64,000 nucleotides of DNA from an uncultured delta proteobacterium (GTDB lineage Bacteria; Desulfobacterota; Binatia; UBA9968): the NCBI GenBank assembly GCA_963816145.1, contig CAWFJP010000014.1, forward strand, positions 352,001 through 416,000, in the 5' to 3' direction. The notes beneath the pieces are model-generated. The model saw only the letters and a program-made list of their open reading frames with translations. It had not been told where the DNA came from and did no database searches. The number at the start of each line of letters is the position of its first letter. Position 1 is the stretch's first letter. The translations under genes and the position numbers were made by a program. Shown here in pieces: positions 43,764 through 53,169 of the stretch.

Positions 43764-44632
43764 TCAATTGGCGGCGCGGACTTTGACGACGTAGTAGTTG
43801 AGCGGGCCTTTGACTTCCTTGAACCAGTGCGGCGTGTTGTGCGGCACGACGATCACGTCGCCTTTGCTGACGCTGCGGCTCTCGCCGCCATCGACATCGC
43901 TGCCGCGAATCTCTTCGGGTTCAATGTTTTTACCGGCGACAATAGTGCCGCCGGTGACCAATGTCGCGCTGCCGTCGAGCATGTAGATTATGTCGGTATC
44001 TCGGGTGTTGACTTCGACCACGCCAGGATCGTCACGGTGGCTGGCGTGGACTTTATAGTTGGCGATTTCCAGTAGCGGCATGCCTTTTTCAAATGCCTTG
44101 CTCACTTGACCTGCGGAAAAGTATTTCACCTTGGGCGCCGCTGCTTGCGCCACGTCAGTTTCTGCGGTGAACGCCAACACGCCGGCCTTGGCGATGTCTT
44201 CGTCTTCCTGCGGCGTGTTGCCGCTGACGCCGATGGCGCCGATGTCTTGCCCTCGTAGATCAGCGGCAGTCCGCCTTGCAGCGGTGTCGCGCCAGGCAAG
44301 ACCAGCGACGCCACGCGGCCGTTCTTGATCTGGTCTTCGAAATCCCGGCTCGGCCGGCGAAAGATCGCCGCGGTGCGCGCCTTGCCGATGCCGACGTCGA
44401 CGCTGGCAACCTGCGTGTCGTCGAGACGCTTGACGATCACGGATACCCGCCGTCGTCGACGACGACAATGACCACGGTGGCGTTGCGTTTCTTGGCTTCT
44501 GTTTCCGCGGCAGCGGCAATCTTCTCCGCCGCAGCCAGTGTGAGTATCTTCTTGTCTGATAGCTGTGCCGAGCCAGTTGAAGGCGCGATCAGCAAGAGAA
44601 ACAAACATCGAAAAAATTATGTTGAGTTGCAT
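43764..44632 (-). CDS. GlcG/HbpS heme-binding domain fused to cupin domain (frameshifted)
   Basis: GKARTAAIFRRPS, LQGGLP, GAIGVSG, then YKVHASHR...GDVIVVPHNTPHWF. Confidence 0.8.
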
Positions 44633-44694
44633 AGCTGCTCTCCTTGATCCGGAGCTCGAACTTTTGAACCTGGAACCTTTGAACGGTGCTTTTC

Positions 44695-45168
44695 TTATCG
44701 CAGCGCTGCCGCGCCGGCCATGGCGAGATCTTCATCCTGCTGGGCGCTGGCGGCGCCGCTGACGCCGATGGCGCCGACGATTTGGCCATCGACCATGATC
44801 GGCACACCGCCTTGCAACGGTGTGAAGTCGTTGAGCGAAGTCATGGCGGTGCGGCCTTGATTGATGATGTCTTCAAAGGCTTTGGTCGGCTTTTTGAAAA
44901 TCGCCGCGGTGCGCGCTTTGCCGATGGATATGTTGGCGCCGGCGGCGAAAGTGTTGTCCAAGCGCTCGACGGCCATCAAATTGCCGCCCTCGTCGACCAC
45001 CGCGATAGCTGCACCGGGCGCGTTCAATTTTTTCGCTTCAGCGACCGCTGCGGCGATGACTTTCTTGGCGCCGTCGCGGTTGAGGCCGATTTTTGCCGCG
45101 GTCTGTGCGTTCGCATTGGAAAAGACCAGGATGAAAAACAAACCTACCGTGGCTGGTAAATCTCTCAT
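44695..45168 (-). CDS. GlcG/HbpS heme-binding protein, signal peptide
   Basis: IAVVDEGG, GKARTAA, LQGGVPI, GAIGVSGA. Confidence 0.9.
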   Translation of the reverse strand: MRDLPATVGLFFILVFSNANAQTAAKIGLNRDGAKKVIAAAVAEAKKLNAPGAAIAVVDEGGNLMAVERLDNTFAAGANISIGKARTAAIFKKPTKAFEDIINQGRTAMTSLNDFTPLQGGVPIMVDGQIVGAIGVSGAASAQQDEDLAMAGAAALR

Positions 45169-45203
45169 GGCATCTCCTATCGGATCTGTGGACGATTTGC
45201 GGG

Positions 45204-45232
45204 TTAGATGCGCGGTGTCGCCAAAGAGATGC
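45204..45232 (-). promoter_or_regulatory. Putative ECF promoter GCATCT-N16-CATCTAA upstream of GlcG operon
   Basis: 35 nt before ATG. Confidence 0.7.
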
Positions 45233-45532
45233 GCGGCACAGGGCGGAAGGGATAATCGATAATGGGGAATGCAGGTTTTGTTGTTTGGACGATGGATGAG
45301 AAAATGACTTGGCGGATTGTGGACGTGAAGCGAAAATGAAATTCGGCAGTCAGAAATCACACGAGGGCCGGTCGCGTTTCTGATTGCCGATAGCGGATTT
45401 CTGAATTGGTTATGGGGTCTGACACAACAATCTATCAATCTTTGGTTTTGACGCTAAAGGTGAACAGGACCCGCGCGTTGGTGAACCCATTTGCGCTTAT
45501 TGCGTTGGCCGGCGCGTGAGACCGGCGCTTCC

Positions 45533-45757
45533 TCACACCTTTGACAGCCGTTTTTCGATCGCGTCAAACTCGGCTTTGGCAATGCCACAGGGATCTAGAA
45601 CGCGTTGTAGTCTACCGGATCTCCCAATAACAAAAACGCCTCTAGTCTCTGCTCGTATCAGTCGACAGGTCATCCCGCATATTTGAAGGGCATCTCTGTT
45701 GTCCGCCGACTTAGGGTAATATTCCGCCCAAACCCGGCCGATCTCTTTTTCATCCAT
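45533..45757 (-). CDS. Hypothetical protein (74 aa)
   Basis: ATG with AGGTG RBS; no motif recognised. Confidence 0.5.
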   Translation of the reverse strand: MDEKEIGRVWAEYYPKSADNRDALQICGMTCRLIRAETRGVFVIGRSGRLQRVLDPCGIAKAEFDAIEKRLSKV

Positions 45758-45868
45758 TGGTCACCTTAGTAGTCGAGGATCAGGAACTCGTCTCGGCGGG
45801 CGCACCTACTCACGTTGCGTCACTCGCCTGACGCACTGTACGCGCAAAAAGCCGTGGCGGATATCAAG

Positions 45869-46150
45869 TTAGCGCTTTTTCGGTTTCTTTTTCTTGGGTT
45901 TAGCTATCGGCAGCGATTGTTGCCCGAGCAAGGTTGCCAGGGTCTTACCGAGTGGAAACTTCTTTACGACGGTTTGAATAACGTCGTGCAGCTGCTTTTC
46001 GCTGCAAGTAAAGGCACGTTTTCCGTCGGCCACCGGAAGGGCGAGATCGAGCGCGTTATAGCCGATGGAGTTCCTAGGGAGGCAATCTTTCAAAAGCCTA
46101 AATTCGTCAGTGGGCAAAATAATAAAGAAGTCGCGAACCGGTTCACTCAT
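45869..46150 (-). CDS. Hypothetical protein (93 aa), basic tail
   Basis: Open frame co-oriented with neighbours; no motif recognised. Confidence 0.45.
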   Translation of the reverse strand: MSEPVRDFFIILPTDEFRLLKDCLPRNSIGYNALDLALPVADGKRAFTCSEKQLHDVIQTVVKKFPLGKTLATLLGQQSLPIAKPKKKKPKKR

Positions 46151-46239
46151 TACAGTGGTTAGTCAATACCAAATCAGGAGAATAGCAAGTCCCAGTACGG
46201 TCTCTCGCGGCCGAGACATGAAAAACGCTCGGTTCTCAC

Positions 46240-47202
46240 CTAAGCGAATTGCGCCGCGCCGGGCTCGGCCCAGCGCGGCCGGATGCCGGCCATGTCGAGG
46301 GACGCCATAACGCGTTTCGGTTCGCCGAGGTCGTTCCAACGCACGCCGGTGACTTTCAAGACCGCCAGCCGTTCGGGTTTGAGCGCCAACACTTGGTGCG
46401 AAAAGTTGACTTCGGCCAGGCGGCTATAGAGCAACTCGATCGCTTTCACTTCTGCTGTAGTGCTGAATAGCGGGGTCAGTGCGGTGAAGGAGCGATAGAG
46501 TTCTGGAATCGCGCTTTCAATTATGTCGAGCAACGCTTGCACCGAGGCGACCATGACAAAGCTGTTCCACAGGCAGCCGCGCAGTTGCAGGACCTGGGCG
46601 AGCATGTGGTTGGGTTTTTCCCAGAAGCGCCGCACGCCGAACAATTTCGCGTCGCCATGAACTGCCTGTGCCGGTTCGATCCAACCATACTCCACTTCCG
46701 GGCTTTCCGGCTCGACGCCGAGGAGCACGACCAGATCGGGCCGCATGGCGGCGGTATCGAGAGCGCTGCGGATCTGCGCCATGAACTTGGCGTTATCGGA
46801 GATGTAATGATCGGAAGGAAAGAAAGCGACGATGGCGCGCGGATCCCGCGCCGCGATGCGCAGGAGGCTATAAAGGATCGCCGGCGCGGTGCCGCGATTG
46901 CCCGGCTGCACGACTAAGCTGTCAGTCGGTTCATTGATCAACAGCGGCCGGTAAAAGTTTTCATGGGCGCGGTTGACGACAAAGAGCGTGCGCTCCGGGA
47001 TGATCTCCAAAGCCGCGCGGTCTTGGGTTTCTTCGAGCAGCGTGGCGCGGCCGAGCACCGAGCAGAATTGTTTGGGCCTCTCGTCGCCGGCGATATGCCG
47101 AGTCAGAGATTTGAGCCGGGTGCCGTCGCCGCCGGCCAAGATCACCGCCCAGTCGTTGCTGTGCGCGTTGCCCGAGATGTTTTGCTCCTGCCGTTTCGTC
47201 AT
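46240..47202 (-). CDS. Mannose-1-phosphate guanylyltransferase-like sugar nucleotidyltransferase
   Basis: ILAGGDGTRL, PKQFC, NRGTAPAI, FPSDH, EYGWIEP, FWEKP, WNDLG. Confidence 0.9.
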   Translation of the reverse strand: MTKRQEQNISGNAHSNDWAVILAGGDGTRLKSLTRHIAGDERPKQFCSVLGRATLLEETQDRAALEIIPERTLFVVNRAHENFYRPLLINEPTDSLVVQPGNRGTAPAILYSLLRIAARDPRAIVAFFPSDHYISDNAKFMAQIRSALDTAAMRPDLVVLLGVEPESPEVEYGWIEPAQAVHGDAKLFGVRRFWEKPNHMLAQVLQLRGCLWNSFVMVASVQALLDIIESAIPELYRSFTALTPLFSTTAEVKAIELLYSRLAEVNFSHQVLALKPERLAVLKVTGVRWNDLGEPKRVMASLDMAGIRPRWAEPGAAQFA

Positions 47203-47284
47203 TCTGTCCTCGTGGTCTGCTGTTGATCGGTAAGTCTGCACGGTTGTTGTTTGTTTCGTTACGGTTACGCTTTTGCTTGTTTTT

Positions 47285-47313
47285 TTAGATGCCGCGGGCG
47301 GCGTGATCGGTGC
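47285..47313 (-). promoter_or_regulatory. Putative ECF promoter GCACCG-N16-CATCTAA upstream of nucleotidyltransferase
   Basis: Recurrent motif in intergenic gap. Confidence 0.65.
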
Positions 47314-47318
47314 ACCGA

Positions 47319-47936
47319 TCACATGCCGCCATCTCCGCCGGCGCCACCCGATCGGGTGCTTGATTCGTCGCGCCGAGCGCGGTCGATCTCTTGGTCAAAT
47401 TCCTCGGCGATGTCCTGGGCCGCTGTCGCCAACTCGTTATCACCCAATCTGGCGGCCAAGGTTTGCTTGACTGCGCCGCGAATCGCCATACCGGGGTCCC
47501 AATAGAGACCGTACACCCGGTCCGCAGCGATGTACTCAAGCGTGTCGTCGATCGCTTTGAGGCCAGCTTCGATCTCTTTCCGGCCGCGTTCGCGTTCGCT
47601 TGTCCGCAGCATGGCCAAACCGAGATAGACATGTGCTAACGGATCGCCTGGGTGAATGCTGACCGCCTTTTCCAGGGTCTTCCGCGCTGCGGCGTAATCG
47701 CCGGTTTCGTAGTAGGCCCGGCCCAAATAGGTAAGCACTCGTTCCGGCACCCGATCGGGGGTTTTGTAATTGGGATCCAATTCCGCCGCGCGCGCCAGAT
47801 AGCCGATGGCCTCGTTGGGCCGTCCGGTCTGCAGCGCATTGCGGCCGGCAAGAAAGTCGGTGCCGACACTGCTGCAGCCGGAGAGGTAGATGAGTGCCGA
47901 TAAGCAGGCTGGCGCCATGAGCTTGGTTACTTTCAT
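47319..47936 (-). CDS. TPR-repeat lipoprotein
   Basis: LSGC lipobox, YLGRAYYETGDYAAA, YLGLA. Confidence 0.85.
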   Translation of the reverse strand: MKVTKLMAPACLSALIYLSGCSSVGTDFLAGRNALQTGRPNEAIGYLARAAELDPNYKTPDRVPERVLTYLGRAYYETGDYAAARKTLEKAVSIHPGDPLAHVYLGLAMLRTSERERGRKEIEAGLKAIDDTLEYIAADRVYGLYWDPGMAIRGAVKQTLAARLGDNELATAAQDIAEEFDQEIDRARRDESSTRSGGAGGDGGM

Positions 47937-47977
47937 GGAGAACCTTCCGATTTTTGTTTGACGCTACACCTCTCCGT

Positions 47978-48767
47978 TTAGCTGTGGAAGGGCGGTTTGC
48001 CGCAGAAGATGCAGCGCTTGGGATTATCATGATGCAACTTGGCGCAGGCGACGCGTGAAACGCCTTGCTTTCGGACATAGACTTCGGCAGCGGCGAGCAT
48101 GCCGATCAGCGGTGCTGTGAAATAAACCCACAGGCTCGTCCAAGAGTTCCCGACTAACGCCGAGGCGAAGCTGCGCGCCGGATTCATGCTCATGCCCGAG
48201 ATCGGCGCTTCGAGCGTAATGTAAGTCGCTACCAATATGCCGGCGCACACACCGGTGAATTTATGCAGCTTGGCGTGACTCGACACATGCAAAATGACCG
48301 TCATGAGAATGAAGCTGATAATAACTTCGGCGCTGAACGCTGCGAGAGCGCCCCACGCACCAGGAATGGTCACGACATAATTGACCGACGCATGCGCCGC
48401 CCTGGGATGAAGCAACTGTGCTGCGGCGATGCGCACCGATGGTGCCGCCGAGAAATTGCCCGGCGACGTAAAAGACCGCGTCCCACCTGGCGACCTTGCC
48501 GAGCCTAAAAAAAGTTAAGGTCGTCGCCGGATTGATGTGCGCGCCGGATTGTTGGCCCCAGGGGGAATATATGATGGCGATCGCCGTGCCGCCCATCGCC
48601 AGGCCCATCAAGAAACGGCGCAGTGTGGCATTAGCGATAGCCTGGTGGACGGCGGAGGATGGGTGTTCGAGCAGGGTGGCGAAGCTGAACGCCGAGATCA
48701 TGAACAGACCCAGGCAAATCGCTTCGATCAAGTATTCCGGCCAGTGGTGTTTGAGAGCATCCGCCAT
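47978..48767 (-). CDS. Aquaporin (MIP family), frameshift near 48435
   Basis: SGAHINPA and SMNPARS; Cys/His-rich C-terminal tail. Confidence 0.9.
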
Positions 48768-48868
48768 GCGCTATTGGATGACGGTGCGCAAGCGAACGGT
48801 GCGGATAATCGTGATCGTGCCTCGTGTTCGTGATTCCGAGCGAACACGAGCCACGAGCACGAACACGT

Positions 48869-49982
48869 TTAATTCAGTTGGATTACATTTTTGATCCCGG
48901 TGGCTTTGCCGAGCAGCAGCTCGCGATGGTCGGCCATGGCAAAGCGGCCGGTGATCAAAGATTTGACCGCCTCGGGCCAGCTGTCGTTGAAGGTCTGCAA
49001 CTCACGAATCGCAGTTTCGAAGGTATCGCGTCCGGCGTTGACGGTGCCGAAGACCACTTGGTTCTTGAGTACCAGATTGCGCATCATTAGATCGGTGTCG
49101 ACTTCCACCGGCCCTTTGCGGCCGGGAACGCCGGTAAAAATAAAGATGCCGTTGGTGCCGAGATATTGCATCATGTCGAAGGACAAGCGCGACGCGCCGG
49201 TGGCCTCGTAGACCAAGTCGACGTTGCCGATCTCCGACCGCCAATTGTTCGAGCGAATGGGTCTGCGCCGAGCGGTATTGGGCGCCAATCATTTCGGCGA
49301 CGGCGGATTTGGCATTGGGGGCCGGTTCGCGGGCGTAAACGTAGGTGTCGAAATCGGCATTCACCAGAGCCATCGCTCCTAAGAGTCCGACTGGACCGGC
49401 GCCCAGCACCACGGCTTTATGGCAGTGAGCCTGGGCTTTGCCCGGCGCCACAGAGCACCCCCAAGGCAACCGTTGCTGGATGTTCCAGACCTGGGCCAAA
49501 CCTTTTTCCGCGATGGTGAGCGGCTCGACGAGAACGGCGATGTCGCGCAGAGCCGTGGGCACGAGGTTCATAAATTTTTCATCGTCGACGACAAACTGCG
49601 CCATGAAGCCGTGCTGCTCTTTAATCCCCCGTTCGGTGAAATCGCCGGTGAAGCAAAAGTCCTGGCGGCTTGCGCGGCAGGCCATGCAATAATCGTGGGG
49701 GCAGGGACGGCGCACCATTGGCACCACCAGGTCGCCGACTTTGACCCTGGTAACATTGGCGCCGACCTCGACGACTTCGCCAAGCGATTCATGACCGATC
49801 ACGAGATCCGCCATGCCGGACGGCGGCGTGCCATATTCGAAGGAGCAGATTTCCCGGTCGGTGCCGCAGACACCCGCTTCGACCATGCGCAGCTTGACGT
49901 CGGTGGGCGATGACAGTTTGGGTTCGGCCAGGTCGATCAGCGAAACAGCTTTGCTTGACGCGGTGACAGCGATGGCGCGCAT
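48869..49982 (-). CDS. Zn-dependent glucose 1-dehydrogenase (MDR, archaeal-type), frameshift near 49235
   Basis: GVCGTDREI, GHESLG, VRRPC, TERGIK, EPLTIAEK, GAGPVG, VFGTVNA. Confidence 0.85.
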
Positions 49983-50097
49983 GGTGTGCTCCTATATTTT
50001 TGTACTCCGAAATAGTTAAATCGTTAGTTCGAATCGCGGGAAAGTTTGGCAGGGAAATCCACCGACAATCAGCCGCCTGCCTTGCAATTGTAACTTC

Positions 50098-50126
50098 TTA
50101 GATGAGGCTGGTCGGAGAATAGTTGC
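50098..50126 (-). promoter_or_regulatory. Putative ECF promoter GCAACT-N16-CATCTAA upstream of glucose dehydrogenase
   Basis: Recurrent motif, intergenic. Confidence 0.7.
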
Positions 50127-50157
50127 AGCTCAATCGATCTGGCAGCCGGATCGAATG

Positions 50158-50418
50158 CTACGGCCGTAGCGTCAAATGCAACGGCGGCTGGTTCGGCAAG
50201 TGTCCGCGCAGAAAGCTCCGGCTCAATTCGATGGTCTTTTTGTAGGTTGCCAAAAATGCGCCGCAGTCTCGGCAGGCGCTCAGGTGGTTTTCGAACGCTA
50301 GGCGATCGGATCTGCTCAGATTGTTAGTGAGATAATCGCTGATCAGACTGACTTCGTCTCGACAGGTCGAGATCGGGCGGTGAGCGCTGCGGTTTTTTCT
50401 GGCTGGCTTCGAAATCAT
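50158..50418 (-). CDS. zf-HC2 (ZAS) anti-sigma-like protein 2
   Basis: TC...ISDYL...FENHLSACRDC...YKKT. Confidence 0.85.
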   Translation of the reverse strand: MISKPARKNRSAHRPISTCRDEVSLISDYLTNNLSRSDRLAFENHLSACRDCGAFLATYKKTIELSRSFLRGHLPNQPPLHLTLRP

Positions 50419-50514
50419 GTGTGTATCCGGCGCGGCGGCGGTGCTATTTCACCCGGTGAATGGTCACCTGATCAGCTCGGCCCTTGGTATCCTCAGAGCA
50501 ATTTTGGAGTTGCC

Positions 50515-50739
50515 CTAAGCGCATGCCGCGCCACGCCGCCTCGGTCTGCCGCTGGCCAGACGTACCGGCGCTAATTTATGACCGAATCGGACGCGATATG
50601 AGGAGAATATATTTTCTAGACTCTCGATCACCGAAGCATCGTCCGTGGTCTGGCTGGTCAGCGCCTGTAAGATTTCCAGCAAATTCGTCTTGATTGTCGT
50701 GGCTTTGATTTTTACGTAGTTGTTTCGGCTGGTTTTCAC
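50515..50739 (-). CDS. Hypothetical small protein (74 aa)
   Basis: GTG start with GGGAGGGG RBS, directly after motif at 50774. Confidence 0.7.
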   Translation of the reverse strand: MKTSRNNYVKIKATTIKTNLLEILQALTSQTTDDASVIESLENIFSSYRVRFGHKLAPVRLASGRPRRRGAACA

Positions 50740-50773
50740 GTGGGACCCCTCCCTGTTGGTTGCATTCCTACAG

Positions 50774-50802
50774 TTAGACGTGTGTTCTTGGAAATAGGTT
50801 TC
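50774..50802 (-). promoter_or_regulatory. Putative ECF promoter GAAACC-N16-CGTCTAA
   Basis: Classical ECF AAC/CGT arrangement. Confidence 0.72.
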
Positions 50803-51069
50803 AGATTATCCAGGTTTTCTTACGCCGCCGCAGCCAGACCTGCGGGACGGCTATAAATCTCCGGGCTCTCGACCGATTCGTACATTAGCCCGAGACCTAG
50901 GTTTCCTTAGCGCATCGTCCGAAGATCTTGCGAGCCGTCATGTCAGTGCCAATGCGGGCCACCGCGCGATTCCCCGGAAAGTGGCGCCGCGTTAGCGATT
51001 CATATCAGTTGGTTAATGTTTCAATCCAGGGTGTTGGGAATCCCTCACCTTTAGGCGAAGCGAGGATTT

Positions 51070-51153
51070 GTCATGCCGGCGCAGGCGGCATCTATCGTTG
51101 GTTACATTGGAAGGCCGAAGAAAACCTGGATTCCGGCCTGCGCCGGAATGACG
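51070..51153. repeat. REP doublet copy 5
   Basis: GTCATGCCGGCGCAGGCGGCATC...TGGATTCCGGCCTGCGCCGGAATGACG. Confidence 0.78.
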
Positions 51154-51215
51154 AAAGAGAGTGTCGACTTCCAGTCGACGAATTCAGAACCCATTGGCTT
51201 GGAGCCGAGGGTGAT

Positions 51216-51389
51216 TCAGTTTCGGCTGGCGTTATCGGTCTGGGTTGGTTGACGCTTACGCAGATAATTCCGGCGCGCCTGCAACCAAGTGGCGCTTGGC
51301 CACTCCCAGCGCAGGTGCGGCAGTTCGTGCTCGTCGTAGTAGCCGTCATTGACCGGGCTTTGGCTGAAAATCGCTTCCCAGGAATTCAT
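51216..51389 (-). CDS. Hypothetical 57-aa Trp-rich protein
   Basis: MNSWEAIFSQ...; GAGGAG RBS; downstream of motif at 51460. Confidence 0.55.
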   Translation of the reverse strand: MNSWEAIFSQSPVNDGYYDEHELPHLRWEWPSATWLQARRNYLRKRQPTQTDNASRN

Positions 51390-51459
51390 GGTTATTGCTC
51401 CTCGTCTAGGGTCTCGACGTTGTTGCTGTGCCAAGGGGTCGGCCGTCAGCATTTGTCGG

Positions 51460-51488
51460 TTAGACGCTAGTGGAGCTGTTTTCGGTGC
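51460..51488 (-). promoter_or_regulatory. Putative ECF promoter GCACCG-N16-CGTCTAA
   Basis: Recurrent motif, intergenic. Confidence 0.62.
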
Positions 51489-51587
51489 GGGTAGTCGATA
51501 TGCGTTGTCATTTCGAGCGCAGCGAGAAATCTCTTCGCCTTGCGGCTCAGGAAGGAATATGCAACAGAACCAAGTCGCGAACGGCGA

Positions 51588-51908
51588 TTACGCCGCCAGC
51601 TGGCAAATCTGGGTAATCAGGTATAAAACGATGGCGCTGATACGGCGGAGTTTTTTGCGCAGGAAGCCGAGAACGTTGTCGCGCACTTTGGGCGGAATCT
51701 CTTCCGTATGCAAAGTCGCCGTGCTTTGCACGGTCTTTTTGTAAGTATTCACAAAACTGACGCAGTCGGGACAGATGCTCAGGTGCCTGGCAAATTCCTG
51801 CTTAACGGTTGGGCTGAGTTTGTCGGTCAGGTAGTCCAACATCAGATCCGCGATCTGTTTGCAGGTTTTTGCGGACAATGGGCGGCGTGTGGTTTTTACT
51901 TGGGGCAT
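51588..51908 (-). CDS. zf-HC2 (ZAS) anti-sigma factor 1
   Basis: TCKQIADLMLDYL...FARHLSICPDC...YKKT; directly after the ECF sigma gene. Confidence 0.88.
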   Translation of the reverse strand: MPQVKTTRRPLSAKTCKQIADLMLDYLTDKLSPTVKQEFARHLSICPDCVSFVNTYKKTVQSTATLHTEEIPPKVRDNVLGFLRKKLRRISAIVLYLITQICQLAA

Positions 51909-51922
51909 CGGTGACTCTTTCT

Positions 51923-52633
51923 TTACGCTGCGGAGTAGCCGAGTTGGACGGCCAGTTTGCCGCGCAGGAACAGGCGCGCGCGATGCAGCCGGGTCTTGAC
52001 TGCCGAGACGGTCAAGCCGGTGGCAGCGGCGATTTCCTTGTCGGACAAGCCTTCGAGATCGCTCAAGACGATGACGGTTTTGTCTACCGGCTTCAATTGA
52101 TCGAGGGCTCTGGCGATCAGACCCTGGGTTTCGCTCTTGGCGTAGTGTTCGTCGAGGGTATCCGACCAGTCGACCACCGGCCGCATTCGGTGGTGGCCGT
52201 CGTCTTGAAACTTGGGCAAAAATTCATCGTAGGCCACTTCCTTGGATTTCTTGCTGCGGCGAATCCGACCCAAAGCTGCGTTGACGGTGAGCCGATAGAG
52301 CCAGGTGGAGAATTGCGAATGGCCCTGGAACAAATGGGCTTTGCGGAACGCGGTATGAAAAACGTCCTGGATCACTTCTTCGGCATCCGGAGCATCGCCG
52401 CCGAGTATGCGCAAGGCGAGGTTGTAAAGTTTGCCCGAGTAGAGATGGAAAATATTCTCCAGCGCGTCGTGATCGCCGGCCTTGAGGCGCTCGATCAAGC
52501 CGGTATCGGCTTCGGCGCCTTTGGCGCGACGTGTCGGTGCGCTCGAGCGAACCACACCGCGCTGTGGCAATGGCCGAGCCATCCGTGTCTCGGTGAGCTT
52601 GGGAGTGATGGCGAAGTTGGTTTCGCGGGACAT
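51923..52633 (-). CDS. ECF RNA polymerase sigma-70 factor
   Basis: DAEEVIQDVF, FSTWLYRLTVN, EGLSDKEIA, VKTRLHRARLFLR; GAGGAG RBS. Confidence 0.93.
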   Translation of the reverse strand: MSRETNFAITPKLTETRMARPLPQRGVVRSSAPTRRAKGAEADTGLIERLKAGDHDALENIFHLYSGKLYNLALRILGGDAPDAEEVIQDVFHTAFRKAHLFQGHSQFSTWLYRLTVNAALGRIRRSKKSKEVAYDEFLPKFQDDGHHRMRPVVDWSDTLDEHYAKSETQGLIARALDQLKPVDKTVIVLSDLEGLSDKEIAAATGLTVSAVKTRLHRARLFLRGKLAVQLGYSAA

Positions 52634-52680
52634 AAGAATCTCCTCGTTTGCTGTAATCGACTCGGCAAAACTTCTTTGAA

Positions 52681-52965
52681 TCATTCCGCTAACTCCCCTT
52701 TGGCAATTGTCTCTAAGAGCGTAGCGATGAACGGCGAGCAGTTGATGATCCGCAGTTTTTCATTGCTCATATCGATCAAACCGCGCGCCGCTTGATCGTT
52801 CATGAACTCGACTCCCGCCATGTCCAAGATGACGGTGCATTCGACGCCGTCGCGATGCGCCGTACAGGCATCGGTCAAGTCGCTAAAGGCCTCATTCGAT
52901 AGGGTACCGTCGAGACGCAGGCGAACGGTGTTGCCAGTTTCAAAGCTTTCGGTGATTTTGAGCAT
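52681..52965 (-). CDS. STAS domain protein
   Basis: LRLDGTL, ILDMAGVEFM, NCSPFI. Confidence 0.82.
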   Translation of the reverse strand: MLKITESFETGNTVRLRLDGTLSNEAFSDLTDACTAHRDGVECTVILDMAGVEFMNDQAARGLIDMSNEKLRIINCSPFIATLLETIAKGELAE

Positions 52966-53000
52966 TTACGGTAACTCCCTGTGAACTGTTAAGCTTATAG

Positions 53001-53016
53001 AGCAGGGCTCGTGCCA
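53001..53016 (-). promoter_or_regulatory. Sigma54 -24/-12 promoter TGGCACGAGCCCTGCT
   Basis: GG-N10-GC, one mismatch to TGGCACG-N4-TTGCW; divergent from an enhancer-binding protein gene. Confidence 0.8.
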
Positions 53017-53081
53017 ATAAGCTAACTAATTGGAATTACGCATTTTTTAAATTTTAGGTCGCCTACTGGTTGTGGTATTTC

Positions 53082-53118
53082 GTCGCGATATTTCGCAACG
53101 GTTGTGAAATATCACAAT
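53082..53118. promoter_or_regulatory. Putative upstream activator sequence (double palindrome)
   Basis: GTCGCGATATTTCGCAAC-G-GTTGTGAAATATCACAAT, 66-102 bp upstream of the -24 box. Confidence 0.6.
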
Positions 53119-53169
53119 CGGGGGTAGTAACGGGGGAGTTGGGGATCTATCGCAGAATTTGGAGCGATT

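Noticed and set aside
47957-47985. ACAGCT-N16-CGTCAAA before TPR lipoprotein
   Set aside because: Mismatches in both boxes; too weak to count as a twelfth site.
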